Below are positions 30,880 to 42,459 of a DNA stretch of 64,000 nucleotides, one piece after another. The notes under the pieces are model-generated. The model was not told the origin of the DNA. It made no database searches and saw nothing but the letters and a program-made list of their open reading frames with translations. The DNA lies in NCBI GenBank assembly GCA_965217895.1, contig CBDCJV010000002.1, positions 1,888,001-1,952,000 of the forward strand, written 5' to 3'. The stretch is from Waterburya sp. (lineage in GTDB: Bacteria; Cyanobacteriota; Cyanobacteriia; Cyanobacteriales; Xenococcaceae). Positions within the stretch are counted from its first letter, which is position 1. Each line of letters opens with the position of its first letter. The position numbers were made by a program, and so were the translations under genes.

Positions 30880-30901
30880 TTTCTAATTAATTAATAATAA
30901 T

Positions 30902-31681
30902 TTATCTATTTTGACGATGATTGATAATTAATTCTGCTAACTCATAAAAGCCTTCGCCCTCGGATTTACTAGTAATATAAGTAGGTAAATACTTTAAGCG
31001 ATCGCGATACTTCAACACATTTGCTACCCCAACTGAAAGAGGAAACTGTGATTGATTGAACATAGACTCATCATTAGGACTGTCGCCCATAGTCAGTATT
31101 TGATCTGGTTTTAGATCGGGAAAATACTGCGAAATAACTTGATTTAAACCAAAAGCCTTATCTTGATGCAGCGGTTTGATATGACACTGAATACTACTGT
31201 AAGTAAATCCAAAACCTTCAGATTGACATATATACTCTATTTGTTCTAAGCAATCTTGACTCAATCCCTCAACATCAAAAGTCCAGTCTGTTAAGCGAAA
31301 ACGATTATCTTGGGACTCTTTTAGCTGAGGAAACTTGCTTTGCAATAACCCAAATACTCGACTTAACTGTAGACGGTGTTTATCAATGTCGATTTCGCTC
31401 ATCAATTGCGGTACTATACTACCCTGCCAATACAGCAAACCACCGTTTTCGGCGATCGCACCCACGATAGGTAAATAAGTTGCGATCGCCTGAACCCATC
31501 CCGCTGAACGTCCTGTGGTAATTAGAATATCCACTTCCGCAGCAGCTAACCTGCTTAAAGTCTTAAATAAGTCAGAATCAAACTTCTCTTCTTTTGTTAG
31601 CGTACCATCCATATCCGAGGCAATTAATTTGATATTTCCCCAATCATAATTATTAATTGCCGTTAATTGTGCTTGATTCAT
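30902..31681 (-). CDS. HAD-IIB family hydrolase
   Basis: DMDGTL, TTGRS, GDSPND. Confidence 0.9.
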   Translation of the reverse strand: MNQAQLTAINNYDWGNIKLIASDMDGTLTKEEKFDSDLFKTLSRLAAAEVDILITTGRSAGWVQAIATYLPIVGAIAENGGLLYWQGSIVPQLMSEIDIDKHRLQLSRVFGLLQSKFPQLKESQDNRFRLTDWTFDVEGLSQDCLEQIEYICQSEGFGFTYSSIQCHIKPLHQDKAFGLNQVISQYFPDLKPDQILTMGDSPNDESMFNQSQFPLSVGVANVLKYRDRLKYLPTYITSKSEGEGFYELAELIINHRQNR

Positions 31682-31704
31682 AGTTTATTTCCCTCATGCC
31701 TCAT

Positions 31705-32355
31705 TTATTTAATTAACTCTACTTGAAATACTTCTGCGAAAGCTTCTGCCAATTCAACCCGAACTCGATCTGTGGAAATACTAGGAATAAACTCGGCTAA
31801 ACTGCCAACTGGCTTATCGACTATGCCACAAGGGACTATTTGCTTAAATCCACTCATGTCAGGGCATACGTTTAAGGCAAAACCGTGCATGGTAATCCAG
31901 CGTCGAACCTTTATGCCAATAGCAGCTATTTTCTTTCCTTCTAACCAAACCCCTGTCAATTTAGGAAGACGATAAGCCTTTAAATCATATTTGGCTATGG
32001 TTTTAATTATGACTTCTTCCAACTGTCTGAGATACCAGTGCAAATCCTGTTGATAATAGCGCAGATTGAGGATTGGATAGCCTACTAGCTGGTTGGGACA
32101 GTGATAGGTAACTTCTCCGCCTCTTTCGGTACGATGAATTTCAAAGTCATTTACTTGCGGATCGAACTTGAGAAAATCAAGAGTAGAACCTGTTCCTAAT
32201 GTATAGACAGGTGGATGTTCTAATAAGATTAAAACATCATTTAAACTCGAATTATTGATTCTTTCAGCTACTAGCGATCGCTGATATGCCCATGCTTGGC
32301 TGTATGTAACTAATTTATAGTTATTTAATTGACAATATCTTTTATTTTGTACCAT
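31705..32355 (-). CDS. lipB: Lipoyl(octanoyl) transferase
   Basis: [35 protein letters not shown]. Confidence 0.96.
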   Translation of the reverse strand: MVQNKRYCQLNNYKLVTYSQAWAYQRSLVAERINNSSLNDVLILLEHPPVYTLGTGSTLDFLKFDPQVNDFEIHRTERGGEVTYHCPNQLVGYPILNLRYYQQDLHWYLRQLEEVIIKTIAKYDLKAYRLPKLTGVWLEGKKIAAIGIKVRRWITMHGFALNVCPDMSGFKQIVPCGIVDKPVGSLAEFIPSISTDRVRVELAEAFAEVFQVELIK

Positions 32356-32876
32356 ATCGCTATTGCTATTCTATTTAAACAAATATTAAACAATGTAACA
32401 GAACATCAAAACAACTGAAATTATTAATGTTTTGCAGGCTACAAAGTGTTAGTATATTTACCATAAAGCTATTAAAAAAAAGCGCATTAACTTAAGGAAT
32501 TGCAAAGAAAAAAAACTGCAAACTATCCCAAATGTATAATGCTTGAACAAGTAGATTTTCCATCAGCACAAGTTAAATTTAAGCCTAAACCAGTTTAATT
32601 AACCTTTGATAATTGTTTAGGGAATCTGCAAAGCACAGGACTGTAAAACTGTAATATAAGAATTCTGTAGTAGTTATATTTAGAGCTTATAGTATCTGAG
32701 CCGACCAGATTTAAATTAAATTTTTCAATTTTAAAAGGTAACTTTAGCTACTAAGTTTCGTAGTTTAAAAATATCATTTTTAGATTGAGGAACTTGTATA
32801 TCTTACTATTAATTAGTAAAAACGATCTATCTACTTTGTTATTAGCTTGGCAACTGTATTATATGGAGTAGCAAAC

Positions 32877-33488
32877 ATGAAGCTTTTGATCCAAGGAAAC
32901 AACATTACAGTAACAGAATCAATTCATGATTATGTCGAACAAAAATTAGAAAAAGCGGTTAAACACTTTCAAAATATAACCAGTAAAGTAGATGTTCACT
33001 TGTCTGTAGCCCGCAATTCTCGGATCGAAAAAAAACATAAGGCTGAAGTTACAGTATTTGCCAACGGAACAGTAATTCGCGCTCAAGAAGGAAGCGAAAG
33101 TCTCTACGCAAGTATAGACATGGTTGCAGATAAAATTGCTCGTCAGTTACGCAAGTATAAAGAAAAGCATTTAGCCAAAAACGCTCATGCTCATGCGCGC
33201 CAGGATGAAATAGTAGAGGAAGACGCTGTAATTAAAACACAGGAATTAGATAGCGATCGCGCCCCAGAATTACCTGCTAAAGTAGTTAGAAGCAAGTATT
33301 TTGCCATGCCCCCAATGACTACAGAGGAGGCCTTAGAACACCTACAGCTTGTAGACCACGATTTTTATATGTTCCAAAACAGTGAAACTAAAGAAATCAA
33401 CGTTATCTACAGTCGCAATCATGGTGGTTATGGCGTAATTCAACCTCGTTCAGATAGCGATGCTCGTAAGGCAGATTATTCACACTAA
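32877..33488 (+). CDS. hpf: Ribosome hibernation promoting factor (long HPF / LrtA)
   Basis: [10 protein letters not shown]...[20 protein letters not shown]...[13 protein letters not shown] 32877 follows GGAG. Confidence 0.95.
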   Translation: MKLLIQGNNITVTESIHDYVEQKLEKAVKHFQNITSKVDVHLSVARNSRIEKKHKAEVTVFANGTVIRAQEGSESLYASIDMVADKIARQLRKYKEKHLAKNAHAHARQDEIVEEDAVIKTQELDSDRAPELPAKVVRSKYFAMPPMTTEEALEHLQLVDHDFYMFQNSETKEINVIYSRNHGGYGVIQPRSDSDARKADYSH

Positions 33489-33691
33489 TAAAAAGATAAA
33501 TTATGCGGTAGAAAGGCGCACTTCCGCATATAAAAATAAAGTAGCTTACCGCCCCTGTTAAAAGCTCAAAAACATAAGGTGAGAAAGACTGAAGATAACT
33601 CTTACCTTTTCTCGCTTTATCCCTTTTCAACTATTTATATGAACAAAGAGACTCTAGTTAATAGGGTGGAAAACTAAGGTTAATGTTTACG

Positions 33692-33752
33692 ACAGGGGTT
33701 TGGGGAGAGTCGTAACGTCCCCAACAGGGGGTCTGGGGGAAAGTTCCCCCAG
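33692..33752. repeat. Tandem pair of G-rich hairpin repeats (CAGGGG(G)TYTGGGG...CCCCA)
   Basis: ACAGGGGTTTGGGGAGAGTCGTAACGTCCCCA followed by ACAGGGGGTCTGGGGGAAAGTTCCCCCAG. Confidence 0.65.
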
Positions 33753-33863
33753 TATTATATTCTGGTTTTTACAGATAAATTTTAGATACAAAGGGAAGAT
33801 TAAACCTTTTTTCTTTGTCAGCATTAGATGCGGACAAGTCGTTTCTTTGCGCTCGTTGGCGAT

Positions 33864-33911
33864 ATCGGAAAGCATTCCCTTGCGCCTTCGGACGACGAGG
33901 GGTCTAACCGC
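33864..33911. repeat. 48-nt structured mini-insertion (family A, degenerate copy 2)
   Basis: ATC-GGAAAGCATTCCC-TTGC-GCCTTCGGACGAC-GAGGGGTCTAACC-GC aligns without gaps to 1136-1183. Confidence 0.7.
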
Positions 33912-33941
33912 TAATTCACATCAAGCGTAATATATATTTTT

Positions 33942-34520
33942 TCAATCTAGATTGAAAGCATTTTCTTCAACTTCTGACTCTATAGACAAATTAAGAGATT
34001 GGACAACAAAAGGAAAACCAGCACCAGATAAACCTTGTTTAATGCGATCGCTAGTAGCTTCAAAAACAACAAACAGGGGATTAATTGCTTCTGCTGCTTC
34101 GCTAAACATATGCTGTTCATTAGGAGGCATCAGCCATTCATAGTCTTGGTCGAGATAAACCTGGGTTTTGCGCCAGCGATCGATTAGATCGGAAAAATCT
34201 TCTTCTGGACGATGAATAAAAACAATAATTTCCGTACCCAACTTAATTTTCCATTCTGGGTCGCACATCAAAATACCCAGGTCACAAGGAAGAGATGTAG
34301 CAATGCGCGGAGTTCTAGGCTGTAAGGGATTCTGTAAATCTAATTCTGGTCGGCGAATGCGGACGACAGGCAGGGGAATTGTAATTAAACTTTGTTCTGA
34401 GCGACGAATGCTTGGCAAAGCCTCCAAATAAGGACGATGTTGCTTGAGTAAAGCGATCGCCCCACTACGGGTGCTATATTCAGCCAGCAAAGTTTCGTAG
34501 TCAGATTTTTTAATAGACAT
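33942..34520 (-). CDS. Hypothetical protein downstream of pilC
   Basis: 192-aa ORF co-oriented with pilBTC; resembles a conserved cyanobacterial hypothetical (LPCDLGILMCDPEWKIK). Confidence 0.7.
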   Translation of the reverse strand: MSIKKSDYETLLAEYSTRSGAIALLKQHRPYLEALPSIRRSEQSLITIPLPVVRIRRPELDLQNPLQPRTPRIATSLPCDLGILMCDPEWKIKLGTEIIVFIHRPEEDFSDLIDRWRKTQVYLDQDYEWLMPPNEQHMFSEAAEAINPLFVVFEATSDRIKQGLSGAGFPFVVQSLNLSIESEVEENAFNLD

Positions 34521-34560
34521 AATACGCCCACAAGCCTTGAAACATCTTCGCTCCTTAAAA

Positions 34561-35787
34561 TTAACCCAACTGATCGAAGATAGAGAACATCGGTAGGTAC
34601 ATAGATAGCAAAATCGTACCCACCATCAAAGCAATACCCACCATCATAATTGGTTCAATCATGCTAGTAAGAGCTTTAACTGCTTGTTCTACCTCATCCT
34701 CGTAGAAATCTGCCACCTTCTCCATCATGCCGTCAAGTTCACCAGTTTCTTCACCAATACTAATCATCTGAATTGCTAGAGGTGGAAAAACGTTTTCCTT
34801 TTGAATTGCTAAAGAAATCATGCCCCCTTGTTGAATGTCCGATTTTGCACTCATGACAGCATTAATAATTACTTGATTACCAATGGTATTACAAACAATA
34901 TCAAAACACTGCAAGACGGGAACACCAGAACGAGTCAGAGTACCAAATACACGACAAAAACGAGCTACAGCAATTTTTTGGTTTAAGTCACCAAACAACG
35001 GCATTTTTAGCATAAAGCCATCAATTTGCAGACGACCCATAGTGGTTTTGTAATAATTGCGAAGTAAAAAACTAGTGCCGACAAAGGCAACAATAGGAAT
35101 TACCACTTTCCAGCTACGGAGAGTATTACTTATACCTAACATAACTCTGGTAAGAAGCGGTAGTTCTGCCCCTAAACCTTCAAAAATTCCGCCAAATACA
35201 GGAATCAAAAAGATTGTCATTCCCAAAAAGGCGATGACAGCAAAAATACCCACGGTAACAGGATAAGCCATAGCTGACTTAATTTGGTTTTGTAACTTCG
35301 CCATGTCTTCTAAAAGTTTAGATAGACGCATCAAGACTTCATCAAGTACCCCACCAGCTTCTCCAGCCTCCACCATGTAGACATAGAGATCGTTAAAACA
35401 CTCAGGGTATTTGCTCATCGACTCAGAAAGACTTATCCCCTGCTGTACCTCAGCACTGATGCCTAAAAGGGCTCTTTTTAATTTGACGTTGGGAGCTTGA
35501 TCCGAGAGAATACCCAAAGCGCGAACAATTGCTACCCCCGCATTGACCATGACCGAAAACTGGCGGGAAAATACAGCCTTGTCTTTAATTGTGACTTTGG
35601 CTAAAGCCATTTCCAACCCAGACAGATCAATTTCCATACCAGACTTATTGATCTTGCCCACGGCAACGTATTTGTTTTTTAGTGCTAAACGGGCTTGTTC
35701 AGCAGAGGCTGCCTCGATCTTTTCTTTAAAGATTTTTCCCGAATGATCTTTGACTTTGGCTACGAATACAGACATAAAATAAACCAA
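34561..35787 (-). CDS. pilC: Type IV pilus platform protein (T2SS F family)
   Basis: FSRQFSVMVNAGV, AGEAGGVLD, SAMAYP, IGEETGELD. Confidence 0.95.
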   Translation of the reverse strand: MVYFMSVFVAKVKDHSGKIFKEKIEAASAEQARLALKNKYVAVGKINKSGMEIDLSGLEMALAKVTIKDKAVFSRQFSVMVNAGVAIVRALGILSDQAPNVKLKRALLGISAEVQQGISLSESMSKYPECFNDLYVYMVEAGEAGGVLDEVLMRLSKLLEDMAKLQNQIKSAMAYPVTVGIFAVIAFLGMTIFLIPVFGGIFEGLGAELPLLTRVMLGISNTLRSWKVVIPIVAFVGTSFLLRNYYKTTMGRLQIDGFMLKMPLFGDLNQKIAVARFCRVFGTLTRSGVPVLQCFDIVCNTIGNQVIINAVMSAKSDIQQGGMISLAIQKENVFPPLAIQMISIGEETGELDGMMEKVADFYEDEVEQAVKALTSMIEPIMMVGIALMVGTILLSMYLPMFSIFDQLG

Positions 35788-35809
35788 TATAGGTAAGTAT
35801 TAATCTCAA

Positions 35810-36919
35810 TTAATGACGCTTGGCATTTGCTGCCATTCCCATACTCGCAGCAGCACCTGTAAGACGCTGTAGCTCATCGGGTCGAGAACTTTTTGCCATT
35901 CCTTCTTCCATGCTGACGATGCCTTTTTTAACAAGCTCAGCTAAAGCTTGTTCCATAGTTTGCATCTCCATTTTTGCTCCTGTTTGAATGGCAGAATAGA
36001 CCATCGCCGCTTTTCCTTCGCGGATTAAATTGGCGATCGCAGGAGTGACGATCATTATTTCCTGTGCCATGACTCTTCCAAACTCTCCAGGCTTAGGACT
36101 TTTCTTTTTGACTAAGGTTTGACTAAATACGGCAATCAAAGAGTTAGACAGCATGGCGCGAATTTGTGCCTGTTGACCTGCGGGAAAAACATCAATTATT
36201 CGATCGACTGTTCCTGAAGCAGAGTTAGTATGTAGAGTGCCAAATACTAGGTGACCCGTTTCGGCTGCGGAGATTGCCAGGGAAATTGTTTCTAAATCCC
36301 GCATCTCCCCTACCAGAATGATGTCTGGGTCTTCCCGTAGTGCTGCTTTTAGGGCGTTAGCAAAGCTTTTAGTATCTTCTCCCTTCTGTCGCTGGTGAAA
36401 TAAGCTTTTAACGTTATCAAAGACATATTCAATCGGGTCTTCTACCGTTAGGATATGCTCGCCTCTAGTACGGTTAATTAAATCGAGCATTGCTGCCAGG
36501 GTGGTAGTTTTGCCTGAGCCTGTAGGTCCAGTTACCAAGACAAGTCCCCTTGGTCTTTCGGTGGTTCGTCTAATTACATCAGGTAAACCCAACTGATCGA
36601 AGTTAGGAATTTTAGAAGACAATGCCCGTAAACAAGCTGCATAAGAGCCTCGCTCTTTGTAGACATTGACCCGAAAACGAGCCAGTCCTTTGACACCGTA
36701 AGAACAATCTAATTCCCAGTGCTGTTCCAATTCCTTTCTTTGGTTGTTGTTAAGCATACTAAAAATTAACCTTTGGCACTCTTGAGGATTAAGAATTTCG
36801 CCAATCGGGGTTAATTTGCCACTGATCCGAAAATAGACTGGCGCACTAGCCTGGACGTGCATATCTGAGCCACCCATTTCTACTAGTTGTTCCATCAAGT
36901 CTTCAATCATTAAATCCAT
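35810..36919 (-). CDS. pilT: Type IV pilus retraction ATPase
   Basis: GPTGSGKTTT, EDPIE, LREDPD, TGHLVFGTLHT, AIANLIRE. Confidence 0.96.
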   Translation of the reverse strand: MDLMIEDLMEQLVEMGGSDMHVQASAPVYFRISGKLTPIGEILNPQECQRLIFSMLNNNQRKELEQHWELDCSYGVKGLARFRVNVYKERGSYAACLRALSSKIPNFDQLGLPDVIRRTTERPRGLVLVTGPTGSGKTTTLAAMLDLINRTRGEHILTVEDPIEYVFDNVKSLFHQRQKGEDTKSFANALKAALREDPDIILVGEMRDLETISLAISAAETGHLVFGTLHTNSASGTVDRIIDVFPAGQQAQIRAMLSNSLIAVFSQTLVKKKSPKPGEFGRVMAQEIMIVTPAIANLIREGKAAMVYSAIQTGAKMEMQTMEQALAELVKKGIVSMEEGMAKSSRPDELQRLTGAAASMGMAANAKRH

Positions 36920-36976
36920 AATTCTTTTCTCCTAAAGTCATAATTTAAAATGCGAACTTTATTTATTTACTGACGT

Positions 36977-37011
36977 TACCCACTACCTACTACCTACTAC
37001 CCACTACCTAG
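36977..37011. repeat. Short tandem heptamer repeat (TACCYAC, about 5 units)
   Basis: tacccac tacctac tacctac tacccac tacctag between pilB and pilT. Confidence 0.7.
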
Positions 37012-37042
37012 GCTTCATAGATTAATTAGTGCGTAACATCAG

Positions 37043-39076
37043 TTATTTACTAAAGCGAGGAGTCATACAATAGGGACAATCCAACCACTCAGGCTGTAGA
37101 TCGGCACTACAGGTACGACAAGTCAGGCTAGTTTTTTGCTTGGATTTGCGCTCTGCTTCAACGCCAGAATCGGTAAACGTGACCCGCTCTACTTCTTCAA
37201 GGGTGGTCTGACCTTCTTTGACTAAATTTAGGCTATATGCCAGGATAGTAATCATCCCTTCTTCGATTGCTACTTCTTTAAGGCGATCGGTGTTTGCTCC
37301 CTGGTTAATTAAGCTTTCCAATCTTTCGGAATTTTTCATGACTTCATAAACACCAACTCTGCCTTTGTAGCCCACTCCAGAACATTTAGGACAGATACTG
37401 CCATTGGCTTTTGCCTTAGACAATTGTTCTACGTCCAGCTTATTGGCTTTGAAAAACGTAACTTCCTCTTCTGCTGCTGCGGATAATCCAAATCTAGATA
37501 ACTCGGCGCGAGTCGGATTATAGGCAATACGACATTCGCTACAGACTTTACGCATTAGCCTTTGAGCCAATACTCCTAGCAATGCACCAGAGATCATAAA
37601 TGGCTCTACCCCCATTTCATCAAGACGAGCGATCGCGCCAGCAGCATCATTGGTGTGTAGAGTAGTTAATACTAGGTGACCTGTAAGGGCAGCTTCAATC
37701 GCCGTTTTAGCTGTTTCTGAGTCCCTAGTCTCACCTACCAAGATTACGTCTGGATCTTGTCTTAAAAAAGCCCGCAGAATCGAGGCAAAGTTCATGCCTT
37801 TTTCCCGTATTACCTGTACTTGAGTAATTCCATCTAGAGAGTATTCAATCGGATCTTCAGCGGTACAAATGTTAACGTCAGGGCTATTTCTCTCTGCTAA
37901 GACGGAGTAAAGACTTGTTGATTTACCCGAACCAGTCGGGCCTGTTACCAGAATTAAACCAAAGGGGCGTTTTGCCATGTCCCGAACCATTTCTAAAGTA
38001 GGCTCATGAGAAATCAGCTTATCAAGACCTAGCTGGGTAGCTGTGTTATCCAAAATCCTTAGTACTACCTTTTCTCCATAGCGACTAGGCAAGGTGTTGA
38101 CCCGAAAATCCACCTTTCGACCCTGGAACATACGGCGAATCTTACCATCTTGAGGCAAGCGTTTTTCGGCAATGTCTAGCTCTGCCATAATCTTGAAGCG
38201 AGCTACTACCGCAGGAATAATCTTTTTCGGCATCTTATCAAAAGGCTGCTGTAAAACGCTGTCCTTGCGATAACGAACTTTTAGACTATCTTCTTGGGGT
38301 TCAATGTGAATATCAGAAACCCCTTCTTGTAATGCTTTTGCCAGAATTTTGTTAACTAGGGTAATAATCGGTGCTGCCTGTGCCTCATTGGCAGCACCCA
38401 AATCATCAGCCAGCTCGTCCTCTGCATCTTCCAAATTAAACTCAAAATTGTCTAATTCTAAGGAAACATCAACGTTAACTTCTTTTTTCTTGGCGGTTTC
38501 TTTTTTAACCTGCTCATCTAAAAATTGATCGATTAACTGCTGATAGTCAGCCTGGGTAATAACTAATCGTCTAAGATTAATTTTTTTAGGTCGAAGAATA
38601 CGGTTGAGATCGTCCTGAGCCTCCAGGTTTTCAGGATCGACCATGGCTACCACTAGCGTTGCAGGCTCTCCCTCTTCTTTTCTGATAGGGATCAATCGAT
38701 AGCGACGGCAAATATCCAAGGAAATTAAAGAATTGATTAATTCCCCCATTTGATTATTATTTAGCTGGTCTGTTTCTAGCTCTAAATCTGCCGACTCTAC
38801 GCCAAACAAAACCTTAAGCTCAAACAGATGGTGTCTCTTATACTGACGTAATAAATCTGGCGGTAATTGTTTACCTGTAGCTGATTCCAAGATGTCTACT
38901 AAGGAACGACCAGTTTTGCGACTTTCAGCTAAAGCCTTCTGCATTTCGATGCCATCAATAAATCCTTTTTGAACCAATTGGTTGCCAAAAGGAGATAAAT
39001 TGTTACGCAGAGCGATCGCCCTGGTTTTTTTAGAAGAGGAAGAATAAGCCATAGAATGTAAAAAGATCTTAGTCAC
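37043..39076 (-). CDS. pilB: Type IV pilus assembly ATPase with C-terminal Cys4 extension
   Basis: SDIHIEP, GPTGSGKST, LRQDPD, TGHLVLTTLHTN; C-terminal CRTC...CPYC. True start is probably ATG 39052. Confidence 0.95.
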   Translation of the reverse strand: MTKIFLHSMAYSSSSKKTRAIALRNNLSPFGNQLVQKGFIDGIEMQKALAESRKTGRSLVDILESATGKQLPPDLLRQYKRHHLFELKVLFGVESADLELETDQLNNNQMGELINSLISLDICRRYRLIPIRKEEGEPATLVVAMVDPENLEAQDDLNRILRPKKINLRRLVITQADYQQLIDQFLDEQVKKETAKKKEVNVDVSLELDNFEFNLEDAEDELADDLGAANEAQAAPIITLVNKILAKALQEGVSDIHIEPQEDSLKVRYRKDSVLQQPFDKMPKKIIPAVVARFKIMAELDIAEKRLPQDGKIRRMFQGRKVDFRVNTLPSRYGEKVVLRILDNTATQLGLDKLISHEPTLEMVRDMAKRPFGLILVTGPTGSGKSTSLYSVLAERNSPDVNICTAEDPIEYSLDGITQVQVIREKGMNFASILRAFLRQDPDVILVGETRDSETAKTAIEAALTGHLVLTTLHTNDAAGAIARLDEMGVEPFMISGALLGVLAQRLMRKVCSECRIAYNPTRAELSRFGLSAAAEEEVTFFKANKLDVEQLSKAKANGSICPKCSGVGYKGRVGVYEVMKNSERLESLINQGANTDRLKEVAIEEGMITILAYSLNLVKEGQTTLEEVERVTFTDSGVEAERKSKQKTSLTCRTCSADLQPEWLDCPYCMTPRFSK

Positions 39077-39353
39077 GTTATCTAGTGTTCCCCAAAGTAT
39101 TAGTAAAATTTCAATTCACCCTGACAAAACATAATTTTTCTAGCTGATTTACCGATTTTTTTAGTTATTACTTTTAAGCTGAGTTATTCTGTTCATAGGG
39201 CTTGAGCTAACGTGAATTAAAAAAACCGACTTTGGGCGATCGCTTATAAAGCAAAATGATTACCGAGAAGCTCCCTAAATTTCCCTAAAAACTGTTATTT
39301 TCCCCAAAGAATGCAATATCCTATATTTTGTATATGGAGAAACAAACATTCCT

Positions 39354-40094
39354 ATGACTGAAGAGCAGAAGCAACCAGAAACAATTGACCAAAACCTTGA
39401 AGCAACGACTTCAGATATCCCAGCAGATACTTTTGACGCTGCTTCAGAATCTATTGAGAAAAATTCTGTAGAGTCCACTGTCGAAACTACCGAGTCTACC
39501 GAGGTCAACTTAGAACCAGAAGACCAAATTTTTGAAGAGCAGGCAGAAATATTTGCTGCTTTTCAACAAGAAAATGCCAATCTTAAAAATCTTTTAGACG
39601 AAAAAAGCCAACAGGCAGAACTAACAAAAGCGCAATACGCTCGATTAGCTGCTGATTTCGAGAATTTTCGCCGTCGAACCACTAATGAAAAAGAAATTTT
39701 AGAAATACAGGCAAAAAAAAATGTAATTACTGAATTACTTCCAGTGGTCGATAATTTTGAACGGGCTAGAACTCAACTTAAGCCAGAAACTGACGGCGAA
39801 AAGGCAATTCATACTAGCTATCAAGGCGTTTACAAGACTTTGGTAGAATGTCTCAAAAAAATGGGTGTATCGGCAATGCGTCCTGAAGGCAAAGAATTCG
39901 ATCCCAATTTTCATGAAGCAATGTTGCGGGAACAAACTGATGAGTATCCAGAAGGAACTGTTATGGAACAGTTGATGCGAGGATATGTTTTGGGGGATAC
40001 AATTTTGCGTCATGCTATGGTTAAAGTTGCTGTTCCTAAAGATCCTGTGATAACTTCGGAAGAGAAAAATACAGAAGAACAGGAAAAAGGTTAA
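39354..40094 (+). CDS. grpE: Nucleotide exchange factor GrpE
   Basis: [39 protein letters not shown]. Confidence 0.96.
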   Translation: MTEEQKQPETIDQNLEATTSDIPADTFDAASESIEKNSVESTVETTESTEVNLEPEDQIFEEQAEIFAAFQQENANLKNLLDEKSQQAELTKAQYARLAADFENFRRRTTNEKEILEIQAKKNVITELLPVVDNFERARTQLKPETDGEKAIHTSYQGVYKTLVECLKKMGVSAMRPEGKEFDPNFHEAMLREQTDEYPEGTVMEQLMRGYVLGDTILRHAMVKVAVPKDPVITSEEKNTEEQEKG

Positions 40095-40243
40095 GAAATT
40101 TTAGAATACTAAATATTTTAAGTATTTTATACTTGGCTGAGGATACGTAGCTTTGGCATCAGGAAATGCCGATTACTATTATTCTAATTTGCTGTTAACT
40201 TCTGATCACCCTATAGAACAATGAAAGTTACTGCCTAAGCACT

Positions 40244-42232
40244 ATGGCAAAAGTTATCGGTATTGACCTTGGAACTACTAACAGTTGCGTTGCTGTACTT
40301 GAAGGAGGTAAGCCAGTAGTAATTGCCAACTCAGAAGGTGCGCGAACAACGCCAAGTATGGTGGCATTTGCCAAAGGTGACACTCGTTTAGTTGGTCAAC
40401 TAGCCAAAAGACAATCAGTTACTAATGCCAAAAATACTGTTCACAGTATTAAGCGTTTTATTGGTCGTCGCTGGGAAGATACAGAAGAAGAGCGATCGCG
40501 TACTCCATATAAATGTATTTCTGGTCGAGATGGTACTGTTGATGTGCAAATTAACAATCATCAGTATACCCCCCAAGAAATTTCAGCGATGATTTTGCAA
40601 AAATTAAAAGCAGATGCCGAAAGTTTCTTGGGAGAACCCGTAACTGAAGTAGTTATTACTGTTCCAGCCTACTTTACCGATGCTCAAAGACAGGCGACAA
40701 AGGACGCAGGAACTATCGCTGGCTTAGACGTTTTGCGCATTGTCAATGAACCAACGGCAGCAGCCTTGGCTTATGGTCTAGATAAACAAGACCGAGAAGA
40801 AAACATCTTAGTCTTTGACTTGGGTGGCGGTACTTTTGATGTTTCCATTTTGCAACTAGGAAATGGCGTTTTTGAAGTTAAGGCAACTTCGGGCAACAAT
40901 CATTTGGGTGGAGATGACTTTGATAATGTTGTTGTCCGTTGGATGATCAAAACTTTTTATGCTCAGGAAGAAATTGACCTAAGAACTGACAAAATGGCAT
41001 TACAGAGGATGCGAGAAGCTGCAGAAAAAGCAAAAATCGAGCTTTCTACTGCTCCAACAACTTCAATAAACCTACCGTTTATTACAGCGGATGAAACTGG
41101 ACCAAAACATATTGAAATGGAGTTGAGTCGGGCAAAATTTGAAGAATTAGCTAAAGACCTAATTCAAAAAACTTTAGATCCTGTTAGACGAGCTTTAAAA
41201 GATGCAGATTCAGAGCCTGGAGAAATAGATCGTATTATCCTAGTGGGAGGCTCAACCCGCATTCCCGCTGTACAACAAGCAATTCAAACCATCTTTGAGG
41301 GAATGCAGATCGATAGATCTGTTAATCCAGATGAGGCGGTAGCTGCTGGTGCTGCAATTCAAGCAGGAGTGCTAGGTGGAGAAATAGAAGATGTTTTGCT
41401 ACTGGACATTACTCCTCTATCTTTAGGTATTGAAACTTTAGGAGAAGTTTTTACCAAGATTATCGAAAGAAATACCACTGTACCGACAAGCAAATCTCAA
41501 GTTTTTTCTACTGCTGCTGACGGTCAAACTACCGTCGAAATTCATGTGCTTCAGGGTGAAAGAGCCATGGCAAAAGATAACAAAAGCCTTGGTAAATTTT
41601 TACTCACGGGCATTCCTGTTGCGCCTAGAGGAATGCCCCAAATAGAAGTTGCTTTTGAAATTGATGTCAACGGAATTTTGCAGGTTGGGGCGCAAGATAA
41701 AGGTACAAACAAGCAACAAGGCATTACTATTAGCAATACTGGAGGCTTGAGTTCTAACGAAGTTGAGCGAATGCGCTTGGAGGCAGATAATTATGCCGAA
41801 CAAGACCGTCGCAATATCGAGTTGGTTAATTTGAAAAATCAGGCTGAAAATCTTATTTATAACTACGAATCAACTTTAAGCGAACAAGGAGATTTGATCC
41901 GTGATGAATTAAAGGCAAAAATTGCTAGAATCAGCGAAGAATTTAAGATAGCCTGTAATAATCCCAACACAACTATCAAAAATGTCAGCAGTATTTTAGA
42001 AAACCTGCGTCAAACTCTACTAGAAGTTGGAACAGATGTCTATCAACAAAAGAATTCTGACTTAGATGATTCATTTACATTTGATGATGATGATTTTGCT
42101 GATGCTAAAACTGAAATGGATATTTCACAAGATAATAGCGTCAAGGCAGTAGTTAGCGTATCCAACGATGCCAACATTGAAGGCGGTGCTGGTTTAGGTC
42201 TTGATGATGATGATTATGAAGCAGTTGACTAG
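40244..42232 (+). CDS. dnaK: Molecular chaperone DnaK
   Basis: [43 protein letters not shown]. Confidence 0.97.
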   Translation: MAKVIGIDLGTTNSCVAVLEGGKPVVIANSEGARTTPSMVAFAKGDTRLVGQLAKRQSVTNAKNTVHSIKRFIGRRWEDTEEERSRTPYKCISGRDGTVDVQINNHQYTPQEISAMILQKLKADAESFLGEPVTEVVITVPAYFTDAQRQATKDAGTIAGLDVLRIVNEPTAAALAYGLDKQDREENILVFDLGGGTFDVSILQLGNGVFEVKATSGNNHLGGDDFDNVVVRWMIKTFYAQEEIDLRTDKMALQRMREAAEKAKIELSTAPTTSINLPFITADETGPKHIEMELSRAKFEELAKDLIQKTLDPVRRALKDADSEPGEIDRIILVGGSTRIPAVQQAIQTIFEGMQIDRSVNPDEAVAAGAAIQAGVLGGEIEDVLLLDITPLSLGIETLGEVFTKIIERNTTVPTSKSQVFSTAADGQTTVEIHVLQGERAMAKDNKSLGKFLLTGIPVAPRGMPQIEVAFEIDVNGILQVGAQDKGTNKQQGITISNTGGLSSNEVERMRLEADNYAEQDRRNIELVNLKNQAENLIYNYESTLSEQGDLIRDELKAKIARISEEFKIACNNPNTTIKNVSSILENLRQTLLEVGTDVYQQKNSDLDDSFTFDDDDFADAKTEMDISQDNSVKAVVSVSNDANIEGGAGLGLDDDDYEAVD

Positions 42233-42459
42233 TAACACTTCGCTCTTTGTAGCAAGTTAGATATCGCTACTGGTTTCAAGTTAAATCAATAGTTACTCTA
42301 TTACGTCCACGTCTACTAGCCAAATAATAAGATTGTAAATAATCAAGTTTGGCTTGCTTGGCTGGAAGTAAACAACTCTTAGTAGTAACCGTACTATGTT
42401 TTCTGGTGCTGATTTTGCTAAAGTACAATCAACAAACCATAGGAAAAAATTAAGATTTT

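Noticed and set aside
33687..33930. Overlapping 62-aa and 76-aa ORFs
   Set aside because: They are made of GC-rich repeat units lacking stop codons, with no RBS or motif support.
32356..33935. raiA-motif RNA near hpf
   Set aside because: The upstream region is AT-rich with no recognisable motif, and the downstream GC-rich pieces are explained by repeats.
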